From positions 1 to 41,513 of the IMG/VR virus record IMGVR_UViG_3300045988_114077: a DNA stretch of 41,513 nucleotides; one strand, given 5' to 3'. A program made the translations under genes and the position numbers. Below, piece after piece: positions 1 through 7,690 of this stretch. This DNA is from a virus. How positions within the stretch are numbered: the first letter of the stretch is position 1; each line of letters starts with the position of its first letter. The notes under the pieces are model-generated. The model was not told the origin of the DNA. It did not search any database and worked only from the letters and a program-made list of their open reading frames with translations.

Positions 1-396
1 GGCGGAGTCCCCGGAGCTGCCGATCTGGGCGGAGTCCCCGGAGCTGCCGATCTGGGCGGAGTCCCCGGAGCTGCCGATCTGGGCGGAGTCCCCGGAGCTG
101 CCGATCTGGGCGGAGTCCCCGGAGCTGCCGATCTTGGCGGAGTCCCCGGAGCTGCCGATCTGGGCGTAGTCCCCGGAGCTGCCGATCTTGGCGTAGTACC
201 CGGAGCTGCCGATCTTGGCGGAGTCCCCGGAGCTGCCGATCTTGGCGTAGTACCCGGAGCTGCCGATCTTGGCGGAGTCCCCGGAGCTGCCGATCTGGGC
301 GTAGTACCCGGAGCTGCCGATCTTGGCGTAGTACCCGGAGCTGCCGATCTGGGCGGAGTCCCCGGAGCTGCCGATCTGGGCGTAGTCCCCGGAGCC
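1..396 (-). repeat. Tandem array of a 27-nt unit (about 14.6 copies), in frame, encoding 9-aa repeats A[Q/K]IGSSG[D/Y][S/Y]
   Basis: Unit ggcggagtccccggagctgccgatctg recurs at 1, 28, 55 and so on. Units differ only at three positions (gGa/gTa, tCc/tAc, ctG/ctT). The array lies inside the ORF that starts at 741. Confidence 0.95.
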
Positions 397-741
397 AACA
401 TTTGCATCGGGCATTTCGCGGATGGTCTTTTCAAGCGCAAAGTCCACACAAGCCTTCACAAATCCGGCAAAGCTCAGTTTTACGCCGATTTTCAATTTTT
501 TCGTGCAGAATTTCTTAGCATCATCCGTCTTTGTTTTGTCCAGCGCCTCGACCTCGGCGAAGTCGTTAAATCTTCCGTCAGGGCGGACGAGGTCGTAATA
601 GTCCAGCACGTCAAAGGGGTTTTCGCAAAAGTGCATTCCGTTCTTGCAGATTTCTGCTTCCGGTTCCTCAAAAACCGTATTTTCCTGATATTGCTTGTCC
701 TTGCAGACAAGGCCGGGGTTGAATCCTTTGTAGCCTTTCAT
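1..741 (-). CDS. DUF7666-like repeat protein, N-terminal part (the gene continues across the window junction to 41216)
   Basis: ATG at comp(739..741) overlaps the upstream stop as ATGA. N-term MKGYKGFNPGLVCKDKQYQENTVFEEPEAEICKNGMHFCENPFDVLDYYDL resembles, from memory, the N-domain annotated DUF7666. The 9-aa repeats follow. The frame is open to position 1. Confidence 0.8.
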   Translation of the reverse strand, partial: MKGYKGFNPGLVCKDKQYQENTVFEEPEAEICKNGMHFCENPFDVLDYYDLVRPDGRFNDFAEVEALDKTKTDDAKKFCTKKLKIGVKLSFAGFVKACVDFALEKTIREMPDANVGSGDYAQIGSSGDSAQIGSSGYYAKIGSSGYYAQIGSSGDSAKIGSSGYYAKIGSSGDSAKIGSSGYYAKIGSSGDYAQIGSSGDSAKIGSSGDSAQIGSSGDSAQIGSSGDSAQIGSSGDSAQIGSSGDSA

Positions 742-1187
742 TTCTCATTTCCTTTCTTTTTCTGCATCCGATCCCGGTTATATTGCCGCTGGTGCCTCTC
801 ATAGCACTCAAAGCTGCAATAGGTTCTCCGGGAATCGTCTGCCACTTCCTTGCCGCACACAGGGCAGATCTTCACCGGTTTCCCGGCAATGTGGGCCAGG
901 TGGGCGATCTGCCGCTTGCCCTCTCTGGCGCAGCGGTCGGAGCAGTAGGTCCTAAATGGCGGCAGCACCACGTTTCCGCAGACCCTGCATCTGGGCAGTT
1001 GCTTCCGCGGGGCGTTCAGCAGGCTCTCGCACAGCGGTTTGCCCGGCAGCAGCCCCCGCTCCTTGCGGTACATGTACTCGCCGTAGTGCAGACCGTAGGC
1101 TGTGGCGTCCCCGGCGTCGGCGCAGGATGCGCAGCGGCCTTTGCTGTCCAGGTCTTTGACAAGGTGGCAGTAGATGCAGCGTGTCAT
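738..1187 (-). CDS. Multi zinc-ribbon protein (149 aa)
   Basis: Several CxxC pairs and YCSxxC motifs. SD GGAGGTG lies 7 nt upstream of the ATG. The stop overlaps the next start. Confidence 0.7.
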   Translation of the reverse strand: MTRCIYCHLVKDLDSKGRCASCADAGDATAYGLHYGEYMYRKERGLLPGKPLCESLLNAPRKQLPRCRVCGNVVLPPFRTYCSDRCAREGKRQIAHLAHIAGKPVKICPVCGKEVADDSRRTYCSFECYERHQRQYNRDRMQKKKGNEK

Positions 1188-1978
1188 GTAGCATCACCTC
1201 CAAACATCCGGCGGATGGCGGCTTGCTCATCCGCGTCAAGGGGTCTGCGACCTGCGGCATCCGGGGATTTGCCCATGTACGCGGCGGGTTTTTTGGCCAG
1301 ACGGTCAAAAACCACGGACTTCCAATTTGCGGCCATACATTCGTCAATCAGGGCGCAGATTGCGGAATCGGGGTAGGTTTCCAGATATTTGGCGATCTGG
1401 GACAGAAGGGCCTGCTTGCCCTGCTGGGTGTAGCCCTCCCGGCGCTGGGATTTGTAGACAAACCATTGCCGGAGTTTGGCATCCAGGGCGGGAGAGAAAG
1501 TGAAGGGAGAAAAATCAGCGCTTTGCGGTCTGGGTGTGGGTGTGTTGCTGGGCTGAACCGACGGCGCGGGGGTACTCACACACTTGTTAGAGCTATTATA
1601 TATTTCTTTTTCCTTCTCATTTTCCATTGCCTTTTCCTTCTCCTTTTCCTTTTCCTTGGCATCATCGGCATGATTTTCATGCGGCGGTACGTTTGGCATG
1701 CCATCGTATGCCATGGCATCGTTGGTATCATCTTTATTCCAACGCTTGTTTGCGTTGTCGGATTGCTTTTTGCACTTATTGGCATACTTGGCATTATCTC
1801 TGTCGATCTGTCCGCGGAAAACCGGGAAGACGAACCGCTCATTGCCACTGAGGTGCTCGACTTCGCCCGACTTGCTGTATTTTAGGCAAGCCACGAAAAG
1901 TCGACCCCGCTCAGCATCCGTGAGGGGTTCCAAAGCATCAAGATAACTATGATATGCGCAAAAGTATTCAACCGCCAT
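1184..1978 (-). CDS. Replisome-organiser / DnaD-like replication protein
   Basis: Met at 1978 with SD AAGGAGAA. N-term MAVEYFCAYHSYLDALEPLTDAERGRLF, a KE-rich linker, and a C-terminal domain typical of phage organiser proteins. The family call is from memory. Confidence 0.55.
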   Translation of the reverse strand: MAVEYFCAYHSYLDALEPLTDAERGRLFVACLKYSKSGEVEHLSGNERFVFPVFRGQIDRDNAKYANKCKKQSDNANKRWNKDDTNDAMAYDGMPNVPPHENHADDAKEKEKEKEKAMENEKEKEIYNSSNKCVSTPAPSVQPSNTPTPRPQSADFSPFTFSPALDAKLRQWFVYKSQRREGYTQQGKQALLSQIAKYLETYPDSAICALIDECMAANWKSVVFDRLAKKPAAYMGKSPDAAGRRPLDADEQAAIRRMFGGDAT

Positions 1979-2405
1979 GTTTATTCTCCTTGTGCCATTT
2001 TTGGTGACACGGAATACACAGCGTAATTCCGTTTTTGATGTCGTACCTTTTCTCCGGGAAATGCGCATAGGGGAAGATGTGGTGAGCATTGAGCTTTACT
2101 CCTCTCGCCCCGCACATTTGGCAAGTGTAATTATCTCGTTCAAAAACCGATTTGCGCCACGCTTTATATTCTGCGCATCTTCGGCCTTCAACGGAACGCC
2201 GCCTTTCTTTTTCCAGCTCCGGCTTTAACTTTTCAAATACCGAAAGCAATACCGGATTATAAGAATGCAAATTATCCAGCGGAGAAATCCCGTACAGGAG
2301 ATAGGAGCAGATCATATCGTAGGCATCTGCCCGGTCCTGCTTCTTCTTGATGCGGGTAATGGCCTTGAAAAAGCTCTCATAGAATGTGAATTGGGTGCGC
2401 TGCAC
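1968..2405 (-). CDS. HNH endonuclease with an N-terminal extension
   Basis: C-term CQMCGARGVKLNAHHIFPY...NGITLCIPCHQKWH is a classic HNH motif. GTG start directly after the upstream TAA, with GGAGG 8 nt upstream. Confidence 0.8.
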   Translation of the reverse strand: MQRTQFTFYESFFKAITRIKKKQDRADAYDMICSYLLYGISPLDNLHSYNPVLLSVFEKLKPELEKERRRSVEGRRCAEYKAWRKSVFERDNYTCQMCGARGVKLNAHHIFPYAHFPEKRYDIKNGITLCIPCHQKWHKENKHGG

Positions 2406-2633
2406 TTACCGCGCCTCCTTTCTGCCGGGGGCAATGGAATACCGGGAGAAGCTGGTATGCTCACCGTAGCGGTTTTTGCCGCTGACGGTTTCGGAGCGGA
2501 TGGGGACGCCTTGAGCTTTCAGATCCCAGATTCTCGCGCCAAGTCGGTAAATACCGTACTCGGTAATGGCCTCGGCTTGGGTGATAGAGCCGTAGTCCTG
2601 CATATGGCGGAGGATTCTTTCACATTGGGTCAT
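2406..2633 (-). CDS. Small winged-helix/HTH DNA-binding protein
   Basis: MTQCERILRHMQDYGSITQAEAITEYGIYRLGARIWDLKAQG resembles phage wHTH proteins. SD GAGGAGG precedes the ATG at 2633. Confidence 0.6.
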   Translation of the reverse strand: MTQCERILRHMQDYGSITQAEAITEYGIYRLGARIWDLKAQGVPIRSETVSGKNRYGEHTSFSRYSIAPGRKEAR

Positions 2634-2643
2634 AGCAGCCTCC

Positions 2644-3069
2644 TCAGAAGGGGAAGGCTTCATCGTCGCCGGTCAGTTCCGGGTACTCGGCCATGGGGTC
2701 GCTGACAGGGGGGGAATAGTCGGAAGCGGCGGAACCCTGAGAATCCTTCTTGGAGGAGCCGAAATAGATATTATCGGTGACGATCTCGGCGGTACGGCGG
2801 TTGTTGCCGTTCTTGTCTTGCCATGTGCGGATTTGCAGCCTGCCGGAAACAACAGCCATGCTGCCCTTCTGGAAATACTTGGAGACGAAATCCGCGGCTG
2901 CCCTCCAGGCGACGCAGTCAATGAAATCCGTCTCGCGCTTGCCTGTCTGGCTGTCGGCTATGTCCCGCTCCACGGCGAGGGAGAAGTTGGCGCAGGAGAG
3001 GCCGGAATTGGTCTTCCTTAATTCAGGGTCGCGGGTCAAGCGGCCCATTACGGTGATTCTGTTCAGCAT
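2644..3069 (-). CDS. ssb: Single-stranded DNA-binding protein
   Basis: MLNRITVMGRLTRDPELRKT...FIDCVAWR...GRLQIRTWQDKNG is an OB fold, with an acidic tail DDEAFPF. SD AAAGGAGA. Confidence 0.9.
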   Translation of the reverse strand: MLNRITVMGRLTRDPELRKTNSGLSCANFSLAVERDIADSQTGKRETDFIDCVAWRAAADFVSKYFQKGSMAVVSGRLQIRTWQDKNGNNRRTAEIVTDNIYFGSSKKDSQGSAASDYSPPVSDPMAEYPELTGDDEAFPF

Positions 3070-3235
3070 TTTGTAAAATCTCCTTTTTGGTGATTCTCTT
3101 GCCGTCTCGCCGGATGGTGTATCCGGCGGACAGCATGGAAAGCTCGGTTTCCGGGGGATAGCGGATACCGGAATCCGTATACATAAGGGTGCGTCCATCG
3201 GAACCGTGGACGGCGTAGCGGGGCGGGTTACTCAT
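3023..3235 (-). CDS. Small hypothetical protein (70 aa)
   Basis: The ATG overlaps the upstream stop (ATGAGTAA). The 3' end overlaps the ssb start by 47 nt, so the call is uncertain. Confidence 0.4.
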   Translation of the reverse strand: MSNPPRYAVHGSDGRTLMYTDSGIRYPPETELSMLSAGYTIRRDGKRITKKEILQNAEQNHRNGPLDPRP

Positions 3236-4082
3236 ATTCCACCTGCAAGGGGGTAATGGCTGTGAGGTGCTCTGTGGCCCGGCAGTAGGGGCAATGGCCG
3301 CAGCGTGTAGCGGCAATACGTCCGGTTTTGATAGCCTGATAGCGGGGAGCCAGAGCCTCCACATCTGCCATGGCGTTCTGTAGGTCGGCATCGGGAATAA
3401 AGATGGCGAAAATGCGGGGGTGGGTCTCTTTGGTAATTCCGGTCAGGACAAAGGGGGCTTCCCGGCGGACAAGCCGCTGATAGATGGCGCCCTGAATGTC
3501 ATAGCCCCAGTACTGGGCGAAGCTGATGCGGCACTGGGTCTCGTCATTCCACACGGAATCCAGGGAACCCATGTATTTCAGGTCTACGATGATCTGACCG
3601 CCGAAGGGGACCAACTTCTTCACGTCCGGGAACTTCTCGCAGATTTTGCGGACCTGATCGGCGGACAGGAGGCTGTCGACCTTGCACTTGAAGGGGACCC
3701 CGGCAATGCGTCCGGTCTTGACGACCTGATGGCGGCCGGAGAGAAGGGCGTGGATTAAAGGCTCGTTGTCAAGCCGCTGGCAGGCTTCAAAGGCCCGGTT
3801 GAAATCCTCGTAAAACTCGCCGCTCTTCTTGCGAATCTCCGGATGAGCGGCCACCCAGGCGTTGAACTCGCCGGAAAAGTAAGCATCCACGAAGGAGCCT
3901 AAGAGAAGCGCCTTTGTGGGGGTGGGGGTGTAATCCCCTCGCAGCTCGGCCATTGCCGCGGCCTCGCACTCGCGGAATGCCTTGAACTGGGAATTGCTGA
4001 GATATGCCCAGTTGGCTTCACGGGAATAGTAATTCTCATTCGTGATCGGGAGCAGCTTCTTCTGTAGGGCCGGTCTGGACAT
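3228..4082 (-). CDS. PD-(D/E)XK (RecB/Cas4-like) exonuclease
   Basis: IVDLKYM and QGAIY motifs, plus a C-terminal Cys cluster CGHCPYC. It sits next to ssb in a recombination module. Confidence 0.75.
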   Translation of the reverse strand: MSRPALQKKLLPITNENYYSREANWAYLSNSQFKAFRECEAAAMAELRGDYTPTPTKALLLGSFVDAYFSGEFNAWVAAHPEIRKKSGEFYEDFNRAFEACQRLDNEPLIHALLSGRHQVVKTGRIAGVPFKCKVDSLLSADQVRKICEKFPDVKKLVPFGGQIIVDLKYMGSLDSVWNDETQCRISFAQYWGYDIQGAIYQRLVRREAPFVLTGITKETHPRIFAIFIPDADLQNAMADVEALAPRYQAIKTGRIAATRCGHCPYCRATEHLTAITPLQVEYE

Positions 4083-4584
4083 CCTCCGCTACCTCCTTTC
4101 CGGTCTGGCGAACCATGGCGCAATTGAAGCACAGGGGCACACCGAATTTTTTTGCGGTGTAATGGGCCATGTACTCGGCGGAGCGGCCATTGGCGGGGGT
4201 GATGGGGCCGCCGCAATCGGAACAGCGGGCGGCGGGGGTCTCCTTGGGTTTCCGGGGCCGGACGCGGACGGCAGAAACCAGCTCCCCGAATGCCTTGATA
4301 TTGTGCTCGATATAGAGCTGGACGCGGACGCCTTTCCAGTCCTCAAAGTAAGGGGAACCGGCTACCTTCTCGATGGCCTTGGAGCGGGCCACGTTCAGGA
4401 TCATGGGTTTCAGGTTCTCGGCAAAGTGGACCACGGCTTTCTGGGATTTGCCATCGGTGGTGGTGACGGTCTCGGACTGATTGACGGAAGCAATGGTCGC
4501 TACCTTCTCTTCGCCCTCGTTAAAATCCGCCTCGCCCAGATAGTTGGGGTCGGAGACAATTTTTTTCCAGTGGGTCTTTTCCAT
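4036..4584 (-). CDS. Conserved phage protein with a C-terminal zinc ribbon
   Basis: 182 aa. SD GAGGAGG. C-term CSDCGG...CFNC. Function unknown. Confidence 0.65.
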   Translation of the reverse strand: MEKTHWKKIVSDPNYLGEADFNEGEEKVATIASVNQSETVTTTDGKSQKAVVHFAENLKPMILNVARSKAIEKVAGSPYFEDWKGVRVQLYIEHNIKAFGELVSAVRVRPRKPKETPAARCSDCGGPITPANGRSAEYMAHYTAKKFGVPLCFNCAMVRQTGKEVAEDVQTGPTEEAAPDHE

Positions 4585-4586
4585 GG

Positions 4587-4895
4587 TTAGTCCTCCTCGG
4601 TTTCTGGTTCTATGGGGTCATTTGGTTCTTCTATGTAGGCAATGCAGTCGGGGCACCAGAATTCGTCTCGCTTGGGAAAATAGAATCTAGTGTCGGCAGT
4701 GATCGGCTCGCCGCAGTTGGCGCAGCGGGGGAAGGTACGAAGGTAACGCTCCCATCTGGTTTCTCGCTGAAGCTCCTGATAGGCGGGGTCACAGGAAATG
4801 GGTAATTTCACTTGATTTTGGCCCTTTCTTCTGATATAATGAGGGTGCTCTGCTGAGAGAGCATACATTGGGTTAGACGTTCCTTTCTGCATCAT
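4587..4895 (-). CDS. Zinc-ribbon hypothetical protein
   Basis: CANCGEPI...CPDC. The ATG overlaps the upstream stop (ATGA). Confidence 0.6.
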   Translation of the reverse strand: MMQKGTSNPMYALSAEHPHYIRRKGQNQVKLPISCDPAYQELQRETRWERYLRTFPRCANCGEPITADTRFYFPKRDEFWCPDCIAYIEEPNDPIEPETEED

Positions 4896-5200
4896 CCCCT
4901 TTCTTCTCCGGCCTCTGCGGTAACAGAGGCCGGAATTTTTTTGCGTTCCCGGTAAGACCTCTGGTAAGCAAGGCGGGCTTCCCGGTTGGTGCGGTAGTAT
5001 TCCCGCTGGTATGCCCGGCGGGCGTCCGCTTTTTCCGGGTGCGTCAAACGATACTTGCGGACACGGTAAGCCTCTTCCTCTTTGCTTCTGGGGTGCTGCC
5101 TGCCGTACTCGGCACGGCGGGCGTTACGTTCGGCGCGGTGGGCGTAATAATAGCGGAGTTCCCGGGAGCGTTCTTCCTCCGGAATCAGTTTACGCGCCAT
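4892..5200 (-). CDS. Arg/Tyr-rich repeat protein
   Basis: Internal Met MARKLIPEE. Repeated R..AY.REYYR.NRE-type motifs. Confidence 0.5.
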   Translation of the reverse strand: MARKLIPEEERSRELRYYYAHRAERNARRAEYGRQHPRSKEEEAYRVRKYRLTHPEKADARRAYQREYYRTNREARLAYQRSYRERKKIPASVTAEAGEERG

Positions 5201-5432
5201 AGTAGTAAGTGACCACGAAGGGGGAACGGGTGCGGTGGTTGCGGTGGACGGCCTCAAACAGGTCGGCGTTGTCCTTGTCAAATGCGGAATCAGCGGCGAG
5301 AAGACCTTCCTTCAGGGCGGCGTTCTCTTTTTTCAGCCCTTCGATTTTGGCGTTCTGGGCCTCGATCATGCGGCGGGCCTTGCGGCACTGGTCGGCCATA
5401 AAGCGATAGCGGGCGAGTTCATCGGGATTCAT
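5190..5432 (-). CDS. Coiled-coil hypothetical protein (80 aa)
   Basis: SD AAAGGAGG 7 nt upstream of the ATG at 5432. Confidence 0.6.
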   Translation of the reverse strand: MNPDELARYRFMADQCRKARRMIEAQNAKIEGLKKENAALKEGLLAADSAFDKDNADLFEAVHRNHRTRSPFVVTYYYGA

Positions 5433-5643
5433 TTTGGGTTACCTCCTTTAACCATTCTTCAAATTCTTTCCGGTAAATGCGATAGGCACGGCGGCCTGTT
5501 CTGCTGACGTTCCAGGCGTGGATGAAGCGGATTTCTCCGGATTCGGTCATGTTGACCAGAGACGCCCAGGAGATCCGGCAGCCAATGGAGCGGAGAGCCG
5601 CGAGGACTTCCTTTTGCGTCATAAAGATGGGGTCATTCTTCAT
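5419..5643 (-). CDS. Excisionase-family / MerR-like HTH protein (74 aa)
   Basis: MKNDPIFMTQKEVLAALRSIGCRISWASLVNMTESGEIRFIH...YRIYRKEFEEWL. SD AAGGAGG. Only the C-terminal part of tracked ORF 5419..6141 looks real. Confidence 0.6.
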   Translation of the reverse strand: MKNDPIFMTQKEVLAALRSIGCRISWASLVNMTESGEIRFIHAWNVSRTGRRAYRIYRKEFEEWLKEVTQNESR

Positions 5644-5806
5644 GGGGCTGGTCCTCCTTTTTGGCGGGGGATACCATAGCGGCCATGTCGGCCATGCCGG
5701 ACAGATAAGTGTTCGCTTTTTCCAGAGCTGCGGCCCGGAGAGGGGCGGGAATGGAAGCGGCGGTCTTCTGGATCTGCTTGGCAAGGTTCTTTTCGGCTTC
5801 AGGCAT
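5633..5806 (-). CDS. Small hypothetical protein (57 aa)
   Basis: My own translation: MPEAEKNLAKQIQKTAASIPAPL... SD GGAGGAGG upstream. The stop overlaps the next start. It is below the ORF-track cutoff. Confidence 0.45.
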   Translation of the reverse strand: MPEAEKNLAKQIQKTAASIPAPLRAAALEKANTYLSGMADMAAMVSPAKKEDQPHEE

Positions 5807-5963
5807 TTTTCTTCACCTCCTCCTGCTGGACGGTAACGACTTTGATTTTCAGCCAGTCGGCTTTGTCGGGGGAGGCCAGGAGTTTTTCGTTCTCCCGGTC
5901 GATGGCCTCGGCCTCTTCCCTGGAAACTTCCCGGCCCTGACAATAGTAATGTTTGCTTTTCAT
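5799..5963 (-). CDS. Small hypothetical protein (54 aa)
   Basis: My own translation: MKSKHYYCQGREVSREEAEAIDRENEKLL... Weak SD AAAGGAAA. Overlaps the next start by 8 nt. Confidence 0.4.
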   Translation of the reverse strand: MKSKHYYCQGREVSREEAEAIDRENEKLLASPDKADWLKIKVVTVQQEEVKKNA

Positions 5964-6010
5964 TGGATTTCGTTTCCTTTCTTGCGTTTTCGTTGGGATT
6001 GTGATACATT

Positions 6011-6057
6011 GGGTGGCGGGGGCCGGAATCGAACCGGCCCTTGTGGGGTGGATTACT
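6011..6057 (-). other. tRNA 3'-half-like fragment (T arm plus the 3' acceptor strand)
   Basis: Minus strand reads ...GCCGG TTCGATT CCGGC CCCCGCC A. No matching 5' acceptor strand (GGCGGGG) lies upstream. Confidence 0.5.
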
Positions 6058-6256
6058 TTTCCTCCGGGTAGACGGCGTTGAATTCGTCCAGGGCGCGGCA
6101 GGCCGAGGAAACGTCTGCTTCCGCACTCTTCTTTTCCTCACCGCTTACAAATTCTGCGAACATCTCAAACGAAATTTCAGCGGCATCCTTATGGATTTTA
6201 AGCGAATTGCGAATGATCTCGATGGTTTCCGGGGAGAGGCTGGGGATGGTATTCAT
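6053..6256 (-). CDS. Hypothetical protein, paralog family member 1 (67 aa)
   Basis: Starts in the conserved cassette GGAGGAATAAACCAATG. The C-term ...LDEFNAVYPEEK resembles the end of the next gene. Confidence 0.6.
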   Translation of the reverse strand: MNTIPSLSPETIEIIRNSLKIHKDAAEISFEMFAEFVSGEEKKSAEADVSSACRALDEFNAVYPEEK

Positions 6257-6260
6257 TGGT

Positions 6261-6737
6261 TTATTCCTCCTTTTCGGGGTAGGCTTCGTTGAACTCGTTC
6301 AGATCCTGGCGGGCCTGTTCAATCAATCTGAATGCATCAAAACGGGCCTGAATCAATTTTTTGTCGTCGGGGAGAAGCTGGAGAAGCTCGCCTACGCTCG
6401 CAGCCGCTTTTCTTAAAGAATCTACGTACAGGCCAAGGGCCTTGCGAATGCGGTTGGCGGTATCATCGGAGAGGTGCGGGGCGGCGGGGGCCTCAATGGG
6501 GGTGGGGCTGGGGTTGCCTTGCTTTTTCGCTTCCTCCTTCAGCTCGGAGAGGGCGCTGTTCAGCTCTTTGGCGTCCCGATCGATCTGGATGATCTTGTCA
6601 ACGTCTTCCGGCGGGAAACAGAGAGACGCGGGCGACCGGGAGCAATTGCCGCTGACGATGCGGAATTTCTCGGCAATCAGGCGGGCTTTCTCCCTGCCAA
6701 TCAGGGAGCGCAGGAACAGGTTGGTTTCGGGTTTCAT
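6261..6737 (-). CDS. Hypothetical protein, paralog family member 2 (158 aa)
   Basis: Met at 6737 in the same cassette. C-term ...DLNEFNEAYPEKEE. Confidence 0.6.
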   Translation of the reverse strand: MKPETNLFLRSLIGREKARLIAEKFRIVSGNCSRSPASLCFPPEDVDKIIQIDRDAKELNSALSELKEEAKKQGNPSPTPIEAPAAPHLSDDTANRIRKALGLYVDSLRKAAASVGELLQLLPDDKKLIQARFDAFRLIEQARQDLNEFNEAYPEKEE

Positions 6738-6741
6738 TGGT

Positions 6742-7146
6742 TTATTCCTCCTTCGAAGTGTTGGAAATCTTTTCTTCCGCTGCCTTATAGGCGAAGCGGA
6801 GGGCTTCCAGATAGGGGTCATAGGGCGTTTGCTTGCGCATGGTCATCCGTTCGTGGTAGCTTATCAAGCCGCGGAGAATGGAGAGGTAAAATTCCTCGTT
6901 CGGGACGAATTTTACCGATGGAACAAAATTGGATTGTGCTTTAGCATGAGAACAATCGTCGGGGGTGAGTGATTTCAGAAGTTCCGTCATTTGCCCAACG
7001 AAAAAACGTGAATCGCACAGCTGCATCAGCTTGTTTGCATTTGCGAGGTCGCATCCTTTTTTCAAGGTACTCTCTATTTCGAGCTGAATGCGAGCGCGCT
7101 CTTTCGCGGCGTAGTTGGATAAGATTTGGATTTCTTGACTGGTCAT
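6742..7146 (-). CDS. Hypothetical protein, third gene with the same start cassette (134 aa)
   Basis: Met at 7146 in the identical cassette. Ends ...SKEE. Confidence 0.6.
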   Translation of the reverse strand: MTSQEIQILSNYAAKERARIQLEIESTLKKGCDLANANKLMQLCDSRFFVGQMTELLKSLTPDDCSHAKAQSNFVPSVKFVPNEEFYLSILRGLISYHERMTMRKQTPYDPYLEALRFAYKAAEEKISNTSKEE

Positions 7147-7195
7147 TGGTTTATTCCTCCTTCGGGGGTTAAATTTTGGAAAGGGTTGATTGGGA

Positions 7196-7681
7196 ATGAA
7201 GAAATTCTTTGAGACGATTGGTTTTTGGGGGCTTATGCTGCTGTGCGGGTATTTGGTTGGGCTTGCGCTGGATGCAATTCATGCAGATATGACGTTCATC
7301 GGTTTTGTGTTCAGTGCACTTATTTACTCTCTGGTATGGGAACACAAGCAAATTAAGAAAGACTATGTAAGCAATGACTTTTATGAGGAGCAACTAGCAC
7401 GGTGCAGGCTGAAATATGAGCGAAACATCGGGAATCGGTTAGACCTTTTTGCAATTAAAAAGACTTGTAATGTGACTGGGGAACTCGTTTCCGTCTATTT
7501 CCATCCGTATAAGGACGATGGAAAGCGGATGCTGAAGTTTAACGGCTGCGGGATTCGGGACGAATGCGAGGGCTGCGAGAAATGTGTAAACGAATCTTTT
7601 GAGATTGTGCATAAGTTGAACACCGGAGAAGAAACGTTTGAATCTACGCAGGCATTCAAAGTCAAGAGTTCCGATGCTTGA
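7196..7681 (+). CDS. Membrane protein (two predicted TM helices plus a Cys-containing soluble domain); moron candidate
   Basis: MKKFFETIGFWGLMLLCGYLVGLAL...FIGFVFSALIYSLVW, then CGIRDECEGCEKC. Clearly more AT-rich than its flanks. Opposite in orientation to the surrounding early genes. Confidence 0.65.
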   Translation: MKKFFETIGFWGLMLLCGYLVGLALDAIHADMTFIGFVFSALIYSLVWEHKQIKKDYVSNDFYEEQLARCRLKYERNIGNRLDLFAIKKTCNVTGELVSVYFHPYKDDGKRMLKFNGCGIRDECEGCEKCVNESFEIVHKLNTGEETFESTQAFKVKSSDA

Positions 7682-7690
7682 AAGTGGTTT

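Noticed and set aside
1-396. Regular short repeats at the window start that could be mistaken for a CRISPR array
   Set aside because: The units are contiguous (27-nt period) with no spacers. They lie in frame inside a protein-coding gene with defined N- and C-terminal domains.
1-396. Diversity-generating retroelement as the source of the patterned repeat variation
   Set aside because: No reverse transcriptase ORF (no YxDD-type motif) and no template repeat occur anywhere in the window. The variation is between tandem units, not at adenine-specific sites of a VR/TR pair.
5644-6141. N-terminal two thirds of tracked ORF 5419..6141 (240 aa)
   Set aside because: The translation is Pro/Arg/Ser-rich and non-protein-like. 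Two small SD-preceded ORFs in other frames (5633..5806 and 5799..5963), plus a tRNA-like hairpin, explain the interval better.
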